Positions 26,720 to 40,180 of a DNA stretch of 64,000 nt are shown here, one piece after another. This stretch comes from Callorhinchus milii (lineage: Eukaryota): positions 38,008,001 through 38,072,000 of the forward strand of contig NW_024704743.1 of NCBI RefSeq assembly GCF_018977255.1, in the 5' to 3' direction. How positions within the stretch are numbered: position 1 is the first letter of the stretch; every line of letters starts with the position of its first letter. A program made the position numbers and the translations under genes. The notes below the pieces were generated by a model. The model saw only the letters and a list, made by a program, of their open reading frames with translations, did not search any database and had not been told where the DNA came from.

Positions 26720-29262
26720 CATGGATGGAAATCAAAAAGAAAACAGTCAGATAATCGGTTCATTTCAATATGCACTACAACCCAAACGCAGGTGGAATTT
26801 GATGATGAAAGGGCTGAAGTAGAAAAGGCTAACATACCTCATAATTCAACTGCAGGCAATGGCCGACTCAATACCGAGATTTGATGGGAAGCAGCATGCT
26901 TACGAACATTTTGATGAGGTTTCGTGGTTAGCCATACTAAACACATGTGATGAGGAGAAGAGAGCCAGTTAGTAATAATGATACTTGCTACTCAAGTATT
27001 TAATGTATTAATCTTACAAATGAAATATGGAGAAGGGACATTGGAAGGGTTGCACAGATCTATAATGAGTGCCGTGGGGTACGATAGAGGAGATCCAAAT
27101 TCAATATTAGAAAATGTAGACAGACAGTGGATACACAACTTGTTACATTGACAGATTGTGGGATGCATTCGATCACACCTATGGGCCAGCACTAAATAAA
27201 TGTCAACTAACAGAGAATTTGGAGCAGAGATGTTACAGATGCACTGTTTCTCATGCCCTGCTCCATATATAGCAAATTTTGAGGAAACCGAGTGAATAAT
27301 GACCATGATGAGAATTGGATAAAAAGGAGAATGGTAATGAAGTGGGAGGCCAGACAGGGAGACAGTGATAAACCAAAAGGCCATAAAATAGCAGCTGTAG
27401 TGGAGAATAATAAAGAAAGAGTTTGGAAGAAAAGTGGGGACAAAAGGTTGTTGCTGAATTTGCAAAGTTAAGGAAGGCGATAAAAACAATAAGCCAATTG
27501 ATTGAGCAACTTTACCGGTCCTAGTGCCCCACCGATGTGCCTCAGTAATTGATACCTTCAGAAAATGGGTAGAAGCTTTCTCATTACTTTGTACTATAAC
27601 ACAAGCTACTGCAGAGACATTACTACATTATAATTTTACCCGATGGGGCCTCCCACTAGCAATCGATTTGGATCAGAGATGGCACTTCACGGGTAACACA
27701 ACGACATATGCAATGTAATTACATGGATCAAACAACAATTTCATATTAGACAACATCCTCAATCTTCGGGAATTGTAGAACGAATGAATCAAACTTCAAA
27801 AACCATGTTCCATAATTTCGTAACTGACAAAACAAAATGTTGGGATCAACTATTTGAACCTCTGATTCTGATGGCAATCAGATCAACTCAGATCAACTCC
27901 ATCAAGAACTACCAAATTATCTGCTCAGGTTAATGACTGGCCGACTGATGCACACTCCTGAACATTTGTGGTTCACACATATGTCGGCTCCAGAGATTCA
28001 GTCTTTAACTCATGAACAATATGTTAAAACAGTTGTATATTATTATTGTTGTTGTATCAGCACTTGAAAGGTTAATTTCTCAGCTGAAGACCTTTCTTTT
28101 CAACCGCGCCTTTGGTCACCTTCCCACCCCTCCCTCTGGCTCGGTCCCGGGATCCTAAACTGTAAAGTGCTCTGAGACGCCGTCCAGCATGGAGGACGCT
28201 ATATAAACCCAAGTTGTTGTTGCTGTTCACTGCAACTAATATCGTTCAATCTAAACAAGTAAATGCCATGCATTTAAAAAGTTTCAGTTGATTGCTGTGA
28301 TACCATTTAGGTTCATTTTTCGAGGATCGAGTTCAAAATCCTTACCCTCCATGGCCTTGCTCCATTCTACCTCTCTGACTTGCTGACCTCTTATCACCCT
28401 GTCCGCTCCTTCCGCTCAGCAGGCTCCGGCCGACTCCATGTCTCCACCAGGCCTGCCCCACCATTGGCAATCAGGCCTTCAGCCTCTCTGCTCCCAACCT
28501 CTGGAATTCCACCCCACATTCCCTGAATGTCCCTCCTTTGCCTCCTTCAAGGCACACCTCAAGACCCTCCTTTTCAACCGTGCCATTGGCCATCCTCCTA
28601 GCCTCTCTGCCCTGCACCCTCCCTGATCACAAGCCCCACGCTCGGGTCCTAATGTTCAGCATTTTGGGATGTCCTCCTGACATGAAAGGTGCTTTACAAA
28701 TGTCATTTTGTATTGTATTTGGAGTCCTGTAGCTCATGGTTAGAGAACTCACCTTGCAAGCGAGAAATTTGGGTTTGATTCCAGGCAGTGCAAAACCTTG
28801 GGCAAGTTTCCTTACTCCACATGCCTGGTAATAATTCTTCAAGAAAAAAACAATAATAAATTGGTCATTTCAATCCACGACTGTTTGTGGGACACTGCCG
28901 TGAACAATTGGCTGCCACGTTTCGCGCACAAATATACAGTCAATTCACTTTATAGTATATAAAGTATAAAGCGCTTTGAGATGTCTAGAAGATGTGAAAA
29001 GCACTATATCAAATGCAAGGATTATTATTATATTATAATCGAAATGCCTCACCAGGTGAGTAGAACATGCCTCACCAGGTGAGTAGGTCAATCGGTTATG
29101 ATCAAGGTATACGATCCAAAGGGACCATTCTCCCCTCAATATATTGGATCATATCACATAATTGATAAAGCCTCTCATCAGTGTATTAAGTAGCCAGGCA
29201 TAGGAATAAGAAAATTCAACCAAAGTGGTATCACAGTAATCAACTGAATTTTTTTAAAGGCC
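26720..29262 (+). mobile_element. Decayed Ty3/Gypsy-like retroelement relic (gag-like segment + integrase), interrupted by L2 and SINE insertions
   Basis: ~27508-27890 reads NFTGP..VIDTFRKWVEAF...FTRWGLPLAIDLDQRWHFTG...HPQSSGIVERMNQT (DDE core); ~29090-29260 VMIKV..PQYIGSYHIIDK (GPY/F-like) and KWYHSNQL; 26859 MADSIPRFDGK is weakly gag-like. Confidence 0.8.
28321..29037 (+). mobile_element. L2 3' fragment (28321-28720) followed by a full SINE (28720-29037)
   Basis: L2 3' motifs and tail, then GGAGTCCTGTAGCTCA head through ATT tail. Confidence 0.87.
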
Positions 29263-30269
29263 ACACTAATTCCGATTCCAAATTGGCAACACCTCAAATT
29301 TTTGTACTCTGTTATCATCCACCCCACCTGGATTAACTCCATATTTGGGATGATTCAGAGCTTTGGCAGCTCTTTTCATCCAAAGGAGGAAGAGTGAGAT
29401 CAGGAAAATATGAAAGAGGATGAAAGTGAATGGGTTCACTTTTGGTCATGCACATTGTAGGAGATTCCCCAAATCACCCCGAGAGCATGGGGAATTTAAA
29501 ATTAATTTTTTCTTAGTATTATTACAGAAAATAAAGCTTTGAAGAGACAAAAAAGGGAAAGAAAGACAATTCAGCAGAGAATGTGACAAGTTGAAAGAAA
29601 GAGAGAGAGAGCAGGATGGGTTAATTGAGCAGAAAAACACCAAAAAAAGAAATTCAATGTGAAAAAGGACAACTAGAACAACAACAACAAAAACAACAAC
29701 AAATTACACCGATATAGCGCCCTTCACATCGGAAAGAATCCCAGGGCACTGGACAGTCAGGGTTTTTGGACCTAAGCTAGGAGTTGGGGTCACGAGGGGT
29801 GGAGGGCAGGAAGGGTGGCCAAAGGCATGGTCGAAGAGGAAGGTCTTTAAACAGGACTTGAAGCAGGCAAGAGAGTGAGTGAGGTGGATGGATTGCAGGA
29901 TAGAGTTTCCGAGTATGGGGGCAGAGATGCTGAATGCCTGACCTCCAATGGCGGGGCAGTAAGTGCCGACAACAGAAAAGTCAAAAGTTTTAAAGAGCGA
30001 ACAATGTCCTTCGGAAAAATCAATGCAGATTTGTGAAAAGCTTTTATTACATAGTGACTGTCATGAATGTTAAAAGAAATACAGCCTCCAAAATACAGCA
30101 GAGAGCTAAAGCACCGGGTGCCCACCAAGGCTTCCCCGGACCGCAATGAGGTTCCCTGGCCTCTGTGTTATACGTTGCAACCCTTTAGATGGATATTTGG
30201 GAAAGGCCAACAGTTACAACATGAGTTCAAAGCCACTCTGCATATTATTGCCATACTGCATACTCCACT

Positions 30270-31640
30270 CCCTATTCAAACCCATCCAGTCCGGTTTTCA
30301 CGCTGCCCACGGTACAGAGACAGTGCTCGTCAAAGTAAAAAATGACGTCCTCTCTCTTTGTGACCAGGGCTCCCTCTGCCTTCTCATTCTCCTCGACCTC
30401 TCTCTCGCGTTCAACACAGTCGATCATGCCATCCTCCTCTATCGCCTCTCCTCCCTCATCCACCTTAGTGGGACTGCACCTGCATTGTTGGAGCTCTACT
30501 TGACTAACTGCCAACAATACATCTCAGCAAACAGTTTCTTCTTCCACCCCCGCCCGGTCCCCTGCAGGGTATCCCAAGGCTTGGCCTCTTTCTTTTCTTT
30601 ATTTGCATGCTCCCTCTCGGTGATGTCATCTGCAGACAAGGGGTAAACTTCTCTATGTATATGAATGACACCCAATTCTACTTCTCCTCCTCCAGCTGCA
30701 ATTTCCACTCCACTGATGTCCTGTCAGTTTGTTTGATGGATATCAAGGCCTGCATGAGCACATATTTCCTGCAGCTGAATGTTGGTAAGACGGAAGCCAT
30801 CATTAGCTCCCATCAACGTCTTCTCTCCTGCGAGTCTGAACTCCTCAACCTCCCCGGGTTCTCCCTCATACTGTCCGAACCCGTGCGCAACTTAGGCGTC
30901 AGGTTCAATCTCCAGCTTTCCTTTCTAACCCACATCCATTCCCTGTCCAGAACCACTTTTTTCCACCTCCATCACATTGCCTACCTCCATCAGTACCTCA
31001 ATGCAGCTGAAACCCTTTGTCACTTCCCGGTTGGTCTATTCCAATGCCCTCCTCGCTGGTCTCCTCAGCTCCACCATACACAAAATTCAACTAATTCAGA
31101 ACTCTGCCGCCTGGATTCTCACCCGCACAAAACTCCGTACCCCCATCACACCAGTCCTTGCCAGGCTCCATTGACTCCCAATTATCGAATGGATCAATTT
31201 CAAGATCCTCGCACTCGCTTTCAAATCCCTTCATGCCCTCGCACCTCCCTACCTATCTGATTTGCTTACCCCTCACTCCACCACGCACTGCCTTCATTCC
31301 GCTGGCCTCCTGTTCGTCCGTCCTCCCCTCCGCTCCACCATCGGTGGCCGTGCCTTCAGCCACTACGTCCCAAAAGTTTGGAACTTTCTCCCTTAATCCC
31401 TCCGCCTTGCCCCCTCCTTCCTCACTTTCAAATCTCACCTAATCACCTTTCTTTTTGATTGTGATTACAGTCACCTCCCCCTCCTTAGCGCCTTAGGACA
31501 TCCTTTCGACATGAAAGGCGCTTTACAAATGTAATTTTGTTGCTGGTGTTGTTCTCCCCCTGACTTGGGGTCAGACTCCGCCACTGTCAGGTGCTCCGGG
31601 ACGCTAACCGGCATGAAGGACGCTGTATAACTGCAAGTTA
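30270..31640 (+). mobile_element. L2 LINE 5'-truncated, degraded, with two successive tails
   Basis: QSGFHAAHGTETVLVKV, LLDLSLAFNTVDH, FLQLNVGKTE; tails near 31545 and 31645. Confidence 0.9.
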
Positions 31641-32199
31641 TTGTTGTTGAAGAGACAAACACAGACACACTCACAAACATGTACATATAGAGGAGAGAGA
31701 GACAGACAAACTCACACAGAGACACTCACAAACATGCATGCATACAGAGAAGCGAGAAACACTCACATAGAGACATTCACAAACACATACAGAGTAGAGA
31801 GACACACTCACGTAGAGACAGACACAAACACATAGAGAGAGAGACACACACAGACAATCACAATAGCAGGGCCTCCGAGTGGAGTGAAGCCCATTTCCCA
31901 CTTGCACGTCAGAGCCGCTCCATCCACAGTTGCGGTGGGTAAACAGCGTGGGACAAAAACTTCATTTTTAGCGGGTTTATAGCGGAGGTCTCTGTTTGTA
32001 GTGGATTCTATAGCAAAATTGCAGCCAAACGTTTCTATTGGTTCAGGTTATAGGCAGAGACTTCCTCACAGATGCAGTCATTTCATTGTAATATGGTTGA
32101 TCATTTTAAAAGGGGAGAGGGTGTTCCCAGCACCTTTGGACATCTTCTCGATGTGAAAGGTGCTATATAAATGCAATCAGTTGTCATTGTGTTACAAGT

Positions 32200-32575
32200 G
32201 GAGAACTGTAGCACATTGGTTAGAGCCCTCGCCTTGCAAGTGAAAGGATCTGGGTTTGATTCTCGGGCAGGGCGAACGTTGGGCAAGTTTCCTTACTCTA
32301 CATGCCTCTGTTTAGCTAGCAGTAATTAGGAACCTGGTTGTTAGTTGGTTGGCAGGTCACTTTTCTGAGGGTAATAATCCCTAAAAAAAATTACGAAAAA
32401 TAATAATTTGTTCACTCAGTCCACGACTTTGTGGGACACTGCTGTGTGCAATTAGCTGTTATGTTTGGCCACAAAATATGCAGTCAATTCACTTTACAGT
32501 GTATTCCGTGATGCGCTTTGAGATGGCTCGAAGATGCGATAAGGCGCTATATCAAATGCAAGGATTATTATTATA
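32200..32575 (+). mobile_element. tRNA-derived SINE, long subfamily
   Basis: Head, extra internal segment (agtaattaggaacctggttgttagttggttggcagg), ATT tail. Confidence 0.87.
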
Positions 32576-34259
32576 TTGGTCTGATAATAAAGTTCTCAAC
32601 AGATTTTGCCTCATCCATAGAGGCGATACATACAAAGGAGAGTAGCAAGTATGAGAGGGATGAGATGTGAGGATCAACGATGTAAGCTTGGGCACTTCAG
32701 ACTTGAAGAGAAACATCTCAGAAGGGAAAAGATAGAAAAATATAAGAAGCTAAGTGAGACTGAAAAATGGTGAACAATGCTCTTAGATACACCAAGGACA
32801 AACACTTGTTTACAAGGATGACTATTCTTCCAGTCTGAGTATCTAAACAATTCCAATGAAAGTGCAGGCATCATCTTCTCTACCCTCTTCCAAATTGTCA
32901 TTTCACTGAAGCCCAGAATTGTTTATTCCATCATTTATTCGGTGCTCTTTCATAATTGTGGTCATTGCAACCACGAGAGGGCAGCATTAGCAAAGAAACA
33001 ACACCAAAGCAGTTGAAACATCAAGTGTGTTACTAAACTAAGTCAGACTTTTCTTAAATAAAGGAAAAAATACATATTGCTTTTGGAACCAATGATAAAG
33101 CTGCAAACTGTGTATTTTAGTCAGCATTCAGTTCAATGTACAATAGATTGTATATTCATCTGCAGTATATGCAGTATGTGCAGCCAACGATGAAACAATT
33201 AATAAAATTATACAAATACATTTTAGAAATGCATGTCAGATCTATCCTGGGCTCTTTAAACGTTCTAGGGACTTTAAATTTGTATTTGTAATGGGATTTC
33301 CGTTTGCTCGAATTAGCAAAGCGTGTAGTTAGACTCCATTGTGCAATTGCAAAAGACTGAAGAGGCCTTGGCTATACTGACCAGAAGATCACAAATTCTA
33401 ATCCCAGTTGGATGATCTGACCTCAGGCAGAGCAATAGTCAGAGCTCTACAATTTGTCTACCGCCCTTGATTTATGATGGGGGAAAATCAATCTCTCCTA
33501 ATTATATGCAGAAACTCCTGCTAGAAAGTTCAAGTGTGTGGATATCAAATGGGGTCAGAATTAGGATGGGCTATAACATCTTTCCTCCATGACCAAATAT
33601 TCTGCCAACATTCACTGTCAAAGCTCACACATGAATAATGGTCACTTAGCACTCGACAACACCCAGAGTCTGTGTTTTCATATACACTAGAAGAAGCAAA
33701 TAAGGAGTCAAATGCCTATGTGGGAATAGAAGGGAAGAAATTACCACAGAAAAACAAGATATCTTGTAAATGCAGCATGTATTAATATCATTAGTGATTA
33801 TTTCACATGTCGTACTTCTTCCCCATTGTGGGCACAGTGATGCTGATGCTAATTTGGTTGATGTTGTTTCTGCTGGAATGCTCACTTTTTTTTGGTCAGC
33901 CGTGTGTCTGACACATGTGGAAACCATGCTTAAGATTATCCAAACCAAACTGAGATTTCCGTGCATCCCACCTACACATGGAAATCTCACAGTTGGATTG
34001 TTGGAATGGATACGCACTCTCTCCCTGGAGGGACGCATCCTGCTTACTTAATTCTGGAAAGTATTAGGGGCAGGTTGGCAAGAGCCAAAGCTTCGGGACC
34101 CCAGAGTGTGCATTGTGCGCAAAGCATGCCAGTTCAGCCCCAAGGAGGCCCCACTTACCTTCCCCTCCCCAGGAGGATGCTCACCATTCGGTTTCAAACT
34201 GATGGCAATTTTCTATTGTTTCCCTTTGAAATATAATATAAAATAATTGGCAATGAATA

Positions 34260-34770
34260 TTAATAATAATAATAATAATAATAATCATCCTTTCATTTGG
34301 TGTAGTATCTTATCACATCATTGAGACATATCAAAGAGCTTCACAGGATAACAATAATAATCCTTGCATTTGATATAGTGCTTTTCACATCTTCTAGATG
34401 TCCCAAAGCGCTTCACAGAATAGACTGTAAAGTGAATTGACTGTATATATTTGTGGGCGAACGCGGCAGCCAATTGTGCACCGCAATGTCCCACAAACAG
34501 TCGTAGATTGAATGACCAATTTATTATTGTTTATATGAGGGATTATTATCAGGCGCGTGGAGTAAGGAAACTTGCCCAAGATTTCACTCTGCCGGCAATC
34601 GAACCCAGGTCTCTTGTTTGCAAAGCGAGTGCTCTAACCAATGAACTACATTGGCTATTTGCCCCCAAATATACAGTCAATTCACTTTACAGTGTGTTCT
34701 GTGAAGCGCTTTGGGACATCCTCCCGACGTGAAAAGCGCTATATCAAAAGAAAAGATTATTATTATTATT
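34260..34770. mobile_element. SINE cluster: minus-strand tail fragment, minus full copy (~34352-34650), plus-strand 3' half (~34650-34770)
   Basis: Matches to the SINE consensus in both orientations. Confidence 0.85.
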
Positions 34771-37700
34771 AATCTCCACAGGTGATAATCAATATTTAAA
34801 CAAAACCAACCATCTACAGGTTTTTAAAAAAAATCTAAATGAAAAAGAAGGATCTACTACAAAATGAAGGCAATTTGTATAAAGTGATGCCCCACAAACG
34901 GCCATGGATTGAGTGACCAATTTTATTATTTGGGGGATCTTTGGCCAGGACACCAGGAGAGAGAAACTCGCTTCTCTTTTCAAACAGTGCCATGGGATCT
35001 TTAACGTCCACTGAACAGACAGACGGGACCTTGGTTTAATGTGTCATCCGAATATTACACCAATTCATCCACAATTACATTAATCAGTATTACTTTACTG
35101 ATTAAAGTATCAGCTTATTAATTGAACACGCAAAGTGAACTTGCAAAGTAAATGCTTTCTTGTGGAGGTTGCAATTGAAAATGATTCTCAGATGTTAAAT
35201 ATTAAAACACCTGATTAGAGCTATTTCATTATACTTTCATGAGCTCTCAGGTGATTAGCTTATTTGTCACATCACTATCGACATTAGGAATTCTCACTTT
35301 GAACTTTGGAAGAATATGATGCATTGTTCGAAGTGGATTTCCAGGTTACAAATTAATATTTCATTATATAATAAGGGTTTTTTTTGAGCAAAAAAAAGAT
35401 TACGAATGTGTTCTTTATACTAGCTCAGCATGTTGCCAGCAGGCAATGCAGAAAGAAAGGGATGTCAGTGACAGAAAATTTGCCAATTCACCTTCAGCAT
35501 TAAATGAGTTATATCAAATACAAGTATTGTTATTGCGTGCAATTATCCAATTTGGAAGAAGGATTTAGGAAGCCAATGGTGTGTCGCATAATCCAGATTT
35601 GTTATATCAACTGGACCTTCCAGCTCGTGATTTTCCTTTTGACAATATCGGATTGCAAAATTGATGGCCAGTAGATGAGACACATACCATGGTTTTGTAC
35701 TAGGTGCCTAAGGTGGTGAAGTCAGAGAACAGGAGCGATGAGCAAAACAACAACAACTTGCATTTATACCGCATCCTTCATGAAAGATAGCATCTCAGAG
35801 ATTTACAAAGATGGGGTCAGATGCTGAGCATGGGAGAGAGGGAGGTGGGAGCCTATAGCCACGTTCAAAGAGGTTGGTTTTAAGATGGAATATATAGGCA
35901 GATAGAGTGGGGGTGAGTCGGAGGCGCAGAGGGAAGGAGCTTCAAAGGTTAGGGAAGTAGAATCTAAAAAGAAATAAACTGATCCAAAAATGAATTCCTT
36001 TCATTTGCTGTATTTCAATTTTATGGGTATAAATTTTATTTGTAATGATGCCAGTGCTATGTGTTGATGTCATTCTCTGTGCGCAACAGCTGTTCAGTCT
36101 TGAAGGGAAGAATTGTGCGATTACTTTACCAGCAATCAGCATGATATGCTGCAGAAGGCATCACTATGACAACAGGCTCATGTTGATGCACCGTAAGCTC
36201 AGTGGGACGATACAGGACCTTTAACAGTGTTCAAGACAAAGGAATCTTAAATTTTCTGAGTTAGAATCCGCTATATAGAGTCAGCTCTTCCATGAATGTT
36301 CATTGGTCCCTTTTTAAGGTAATATTTAAAAAGGCTGTGCGGTGGCGGCAAATGTGATGCATTGTTCAAAGTGGAATTCCAGGTTACTAAATAATATTTC
36401 ATTATATAAGAAAGGTTTAAGCAACTAAATACTGCACATGTATTGCACGTAAGAATGCTCATTATACTGCCTCAGTATTTCAGCTTGCTACATTTGTTTC
36501 CAGCAGGCAATATAGAAAGAAAGGGATGTAGGTGACGTGAAATATTGCAAAGCCCCAACACAGCCTCCCTCTACAGAACAAAGCCCAATGTGGTGAGAAA
36601 GGGTGGCAAACAATGATGTTGTGATGAACAATCTGTCCAAATGTATTACCTTTTTACACAGCATTACATGTTGCTTTAAAGCTTCAGAAGGTTCCTTGTA
36701 ATTTTTTTGTTACTTGTTACACAACTGCCTTAAGCATTTTGAAAATACAAGGTAGAATTTGGAAGGGAGGTTGGCTGCAGCAGCCAGATTGTGTTACAAT
36801 ACATTTCATTCAGTAACACATTGAAGGTGTTGTATTAAGCCATTTCAGCAGAATAGATATCCCAATTTTAAATAAACAGCGTTTATATATTTATGCATTT
36901 AAAAAGGTTAATTTAGATGGAGCAAGAACATCACAATATCCTCCTTTATGGTAAAGAAGAGGTAAGTGAGACTCCCTGGAGTTTAACTGGCTCCGACGAG
37001 ACTCATCTGGAAGTGCTAACATTTTGTATTTGGATCATTTCTGAGTCAAGAATAAACCCAGAAAAGGTTGAAAATCAAAATATTGGCCTTTGGAAGCCAC
37101 GAGGATTGCATTTTCTTCTCTTTTTTTGTTTGTGATTTTGTTTTTCCAAATCCTGCCATTTCATTTGTGACCCACAAATCTGTCAACCACTTTCAGTTTG
37201 CAAACAACGCATTTTCACCCCATTGTTGATAGTTGACCAGATTTTCTGGCTCATCAATGAGATACGGAGTCATGCGTGCATGTCCTATACCCTGCAATAT
37301 ATAGCTCCAATGCAGTGAGACACACACCATGGCTTTGTACCAGGTCAAGACATATCACCATCAAAAACATTTTAAGTTTTTATTTATGCACAATTTTTCT
37401 ACAACTTTCAACAACACCAACTATTTGCACATATATACAACAACAGCTTGTATTTAAATAGTGCCCTTCATGCAGAGTAGTGTCCCGGAGTGTGTGACAG
37501 TGGGAAAGTCTGACCTCAAGCCAGGGGGAGAGGGAGGTGGAACCTTTTGAAGCTTTAAAGCAACATTTAATTCTGTGTAAAAAGGTAATACATTTGGACA
37601 GATTATTCACCAACATAATTCTCTGCCACCCTTTCTGGGCTTTGTTCTGTAGCATGATCAAAAAGCACCATCAAAAAGGAAGGTCTTTAGATGGGATTTG

Positions 37701-37784
37701 AAAGTGGCGAGGGATGGGGCAAGGCGGAGGAAGAGAGTTCCAGAGTTTCGGGTGTAGTGGCCAATATATAACTATATCTTACAC

Positions 37785-37943
37785 CAGTGGTGGCCAACCT
37801 TTATGGTCAGCTAACAAAATAATTTTTTTTGATTGAATATTTCTTGATTTATGCCATGAATACTAGTGCAAATGTTCGGGGCAAACCGTTTTGGCAGCCC
37901 AGGCGGGCACTTCCAGTCCGTGGGCCACAGTTGGCTACCACAA
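37785..37943. mobile_element. Possible hAT-type MITE remnant
   Basis: Imperfect terminal inverted repeats CAGTGGTGGCCAAC ... GTTGGCTACCACAA; target-site duplication only partial. Confidence 0.45.
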
Positions 37944-38469
37944 GGTTACGCAGTATCTCAGCACTCAGTATTTCATCCTCTCCTTTAGTGAGCCGGTGAA
38001 TGCATCTCTCCAGCATTAACCTGGTCACAATGAATTAACTGAGGCTATCTTTCTGAGCCCTCAAATGGAAATTCAACACTGCCAGCAGAGCCGAAGTTAG
38101 TTCAACATTTCTGGCAACACACTGATAATGATGACATACAATATAAAGGTGAATGATCCTACTCTTGGTCTGTGATGTGCTTCTTCCAAAAAGTGAGTTT
38201 AATCTCAGCATTTGTAAATCCTTCCGTATTTTGTAACTTTGATAACAGTGCATTTTCTGAGGATGCTTTGCAGGAAGCAATTGCCCACAAAATAAATACA
38301 CAGTCATTGCACTTTACTGTATATCCTGTTAAGCTCTTTGGGATATCTTCCTGACATTAAAAGCACTACACCAAACGCAAGGACAAATATTATTATCAAA
38401 AGGATCCAAAGAAAGAACCTGCTGCATTCTATAAAACACAATTATTTCTACCAGTCATTTATCCCTTAT

Positions 38470-40180
38470 CAGGAATCCCAAGGTGTTGGACAGTCAGGGA
38501 TTTGGATCCAAGCAGGGTGTTGAGATCGGGGGTGGGCGTGCGGGGAGGGCAAGGAGGGTAGGGGTAAGAGGGTGGCCGAAAGGGTGGCAGTCGAAGAGGA
38601 GGGTCTTGAGACATGCCTTGCATAATATTATATTTGTGATGTTTAATGTTTTTTAATGGTTGGTGAAAACAAGCTGTTGAATGTCTCACTGCTGACTTGG
38701 CGTACGTGACTAAAAAGGTTTGGGAACGAAGAAGACAAGTATAACCGATCTTAGGAAGAGATAATCTACAATCAACATGTTTTAAGGCTTTTTATTAACC
38801 TTCAGTGGAAGGCTGCCCAGAAGTTGTCCATATCTCTCTCTGTGCAAAGGGTGGGGGTTATCTCTGTGACAAGGGGCAATGGAGTTTGAAACACATAAAA
38901 GATGTAACTTTGAAATAGTTGAAGTTGTGTAGAGGGTCAGCACACTTCCCAGTGGAATCGATATCGTTTCTGCTGTATCTATGTATCTGCAGGGATGAGG
39001 GAATTTACCTCCAGTAGGAAAGTGACCATTCAAAGTGAAAGAGGAGGAGTAGTGGGTAATATGTTTTCGGTTCTGTCTGTTAGGCACAGAGGTAATAACA
39101 GTAGTAGTGGTTGGTCTGCTTGAAACACAGAAGTCAGGTTAGGCAGCACGAGTGAGGTGCTGGGCTAAGAGCTGATTATTTCTGTTGAGTTTACAGGAGC
39201 CACTCTCCGTGATTCCGTGTGATAGTTTGGTGATCTCTGCTTTGTATGTTTTATATAGGATTGGTTGTGTCCCAGGGTTCACCGGGCGCCAGTCCCTATT
39301 ATGTTTTGTGTTGCAGAATCAGTTGTCCCTGAGGGATTTCCAGGGGTTGACCTCTGCTGTGTATGTTGAGGTGCATTCTCAGGCTTATTATTTTTTCTGG
39401 AGTACTGAGCAATTTCTGTGTGCATGCTGTTGTTTCACTGTTATTTGATTTGTATATCCATGTCGTTGTATGTTGTGGACTACTGTGTTGTTATATGGTC
39501 ATATGGTTTAAATGCAGGTTGTTGAACTTTACCGTTTGTCTTATATATATATATATTTGATATTAGTGGAATAAACGCTGTACTCTTACCACCGCCTGTC
39601 GAGTTATTAACACTAGAAGGAGGCAAGGGAGGGAGCAAGGTGAAGGGACTGTCCGATGGAGTTCCAAAGGGCGAGAGCAGAGAGATTAAAGGCCTGACTG
39701 TTGATGGTGGGTCGGGCCAGGCGGGGGACATGGAGCAGACCGCAGCCTGCTGAGTGGAGGGAGTGGACAAGTTTATATGGGGTAAGCAGATCACAGAGGC
39801 CTTGGAGGGCCTTGAAGATGAGGCGTTTGAACTCTGAGCCGGGTGAGGGTGGGGGTGATAGGGTCAGAGAGCCTGGTGTGGGAGAAGATATGAGCTGCAG
39901 AATTCTGGATGATCTGCAGCTTGTAGAGAGAAGAGTTGGGAAGGCCGACAAGCAGGGAGATGGCATAGTCGAGCCTAGATTTGATGAATGTGTGGATGAG
40001 GGTTTCGGCGGCCAGAGGTGTGAGGCAGTGGCGGAGCCGGGTGATGTTGCGGAGGTGGAGAAGGCAGAGCAGGTGGGGTAGAAAGGACAATTGAAGGTCA
40101 AACAAGATGCCAAGGTTCCAGATTGGTTGAGTGAGATGGAATGTGTATCTTTGGACGGTAATGCTGCCAGTTCCTGAGGT
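38470..40180 (-). mobile_element. L2 3' fragment split by the LTR-like insert
   Basis: HLRNITRLRHCLTP, SRLDY, KLQIIQNSAA on the minus strand; 3' UTR continues at 38470-38620. Confidence 0.85.
38621..39612 (+). mobile_element. Probable solo LTR inserted into an L2 3' end
   Basis: ~1 kb insert splits L2 gtcttgagacatgccttg | aaggaggcaagggaggg; AATAAA at 39570-39575; ends ...TTAACA; CTTG/CTAG flanks. Confidence 0.6.
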
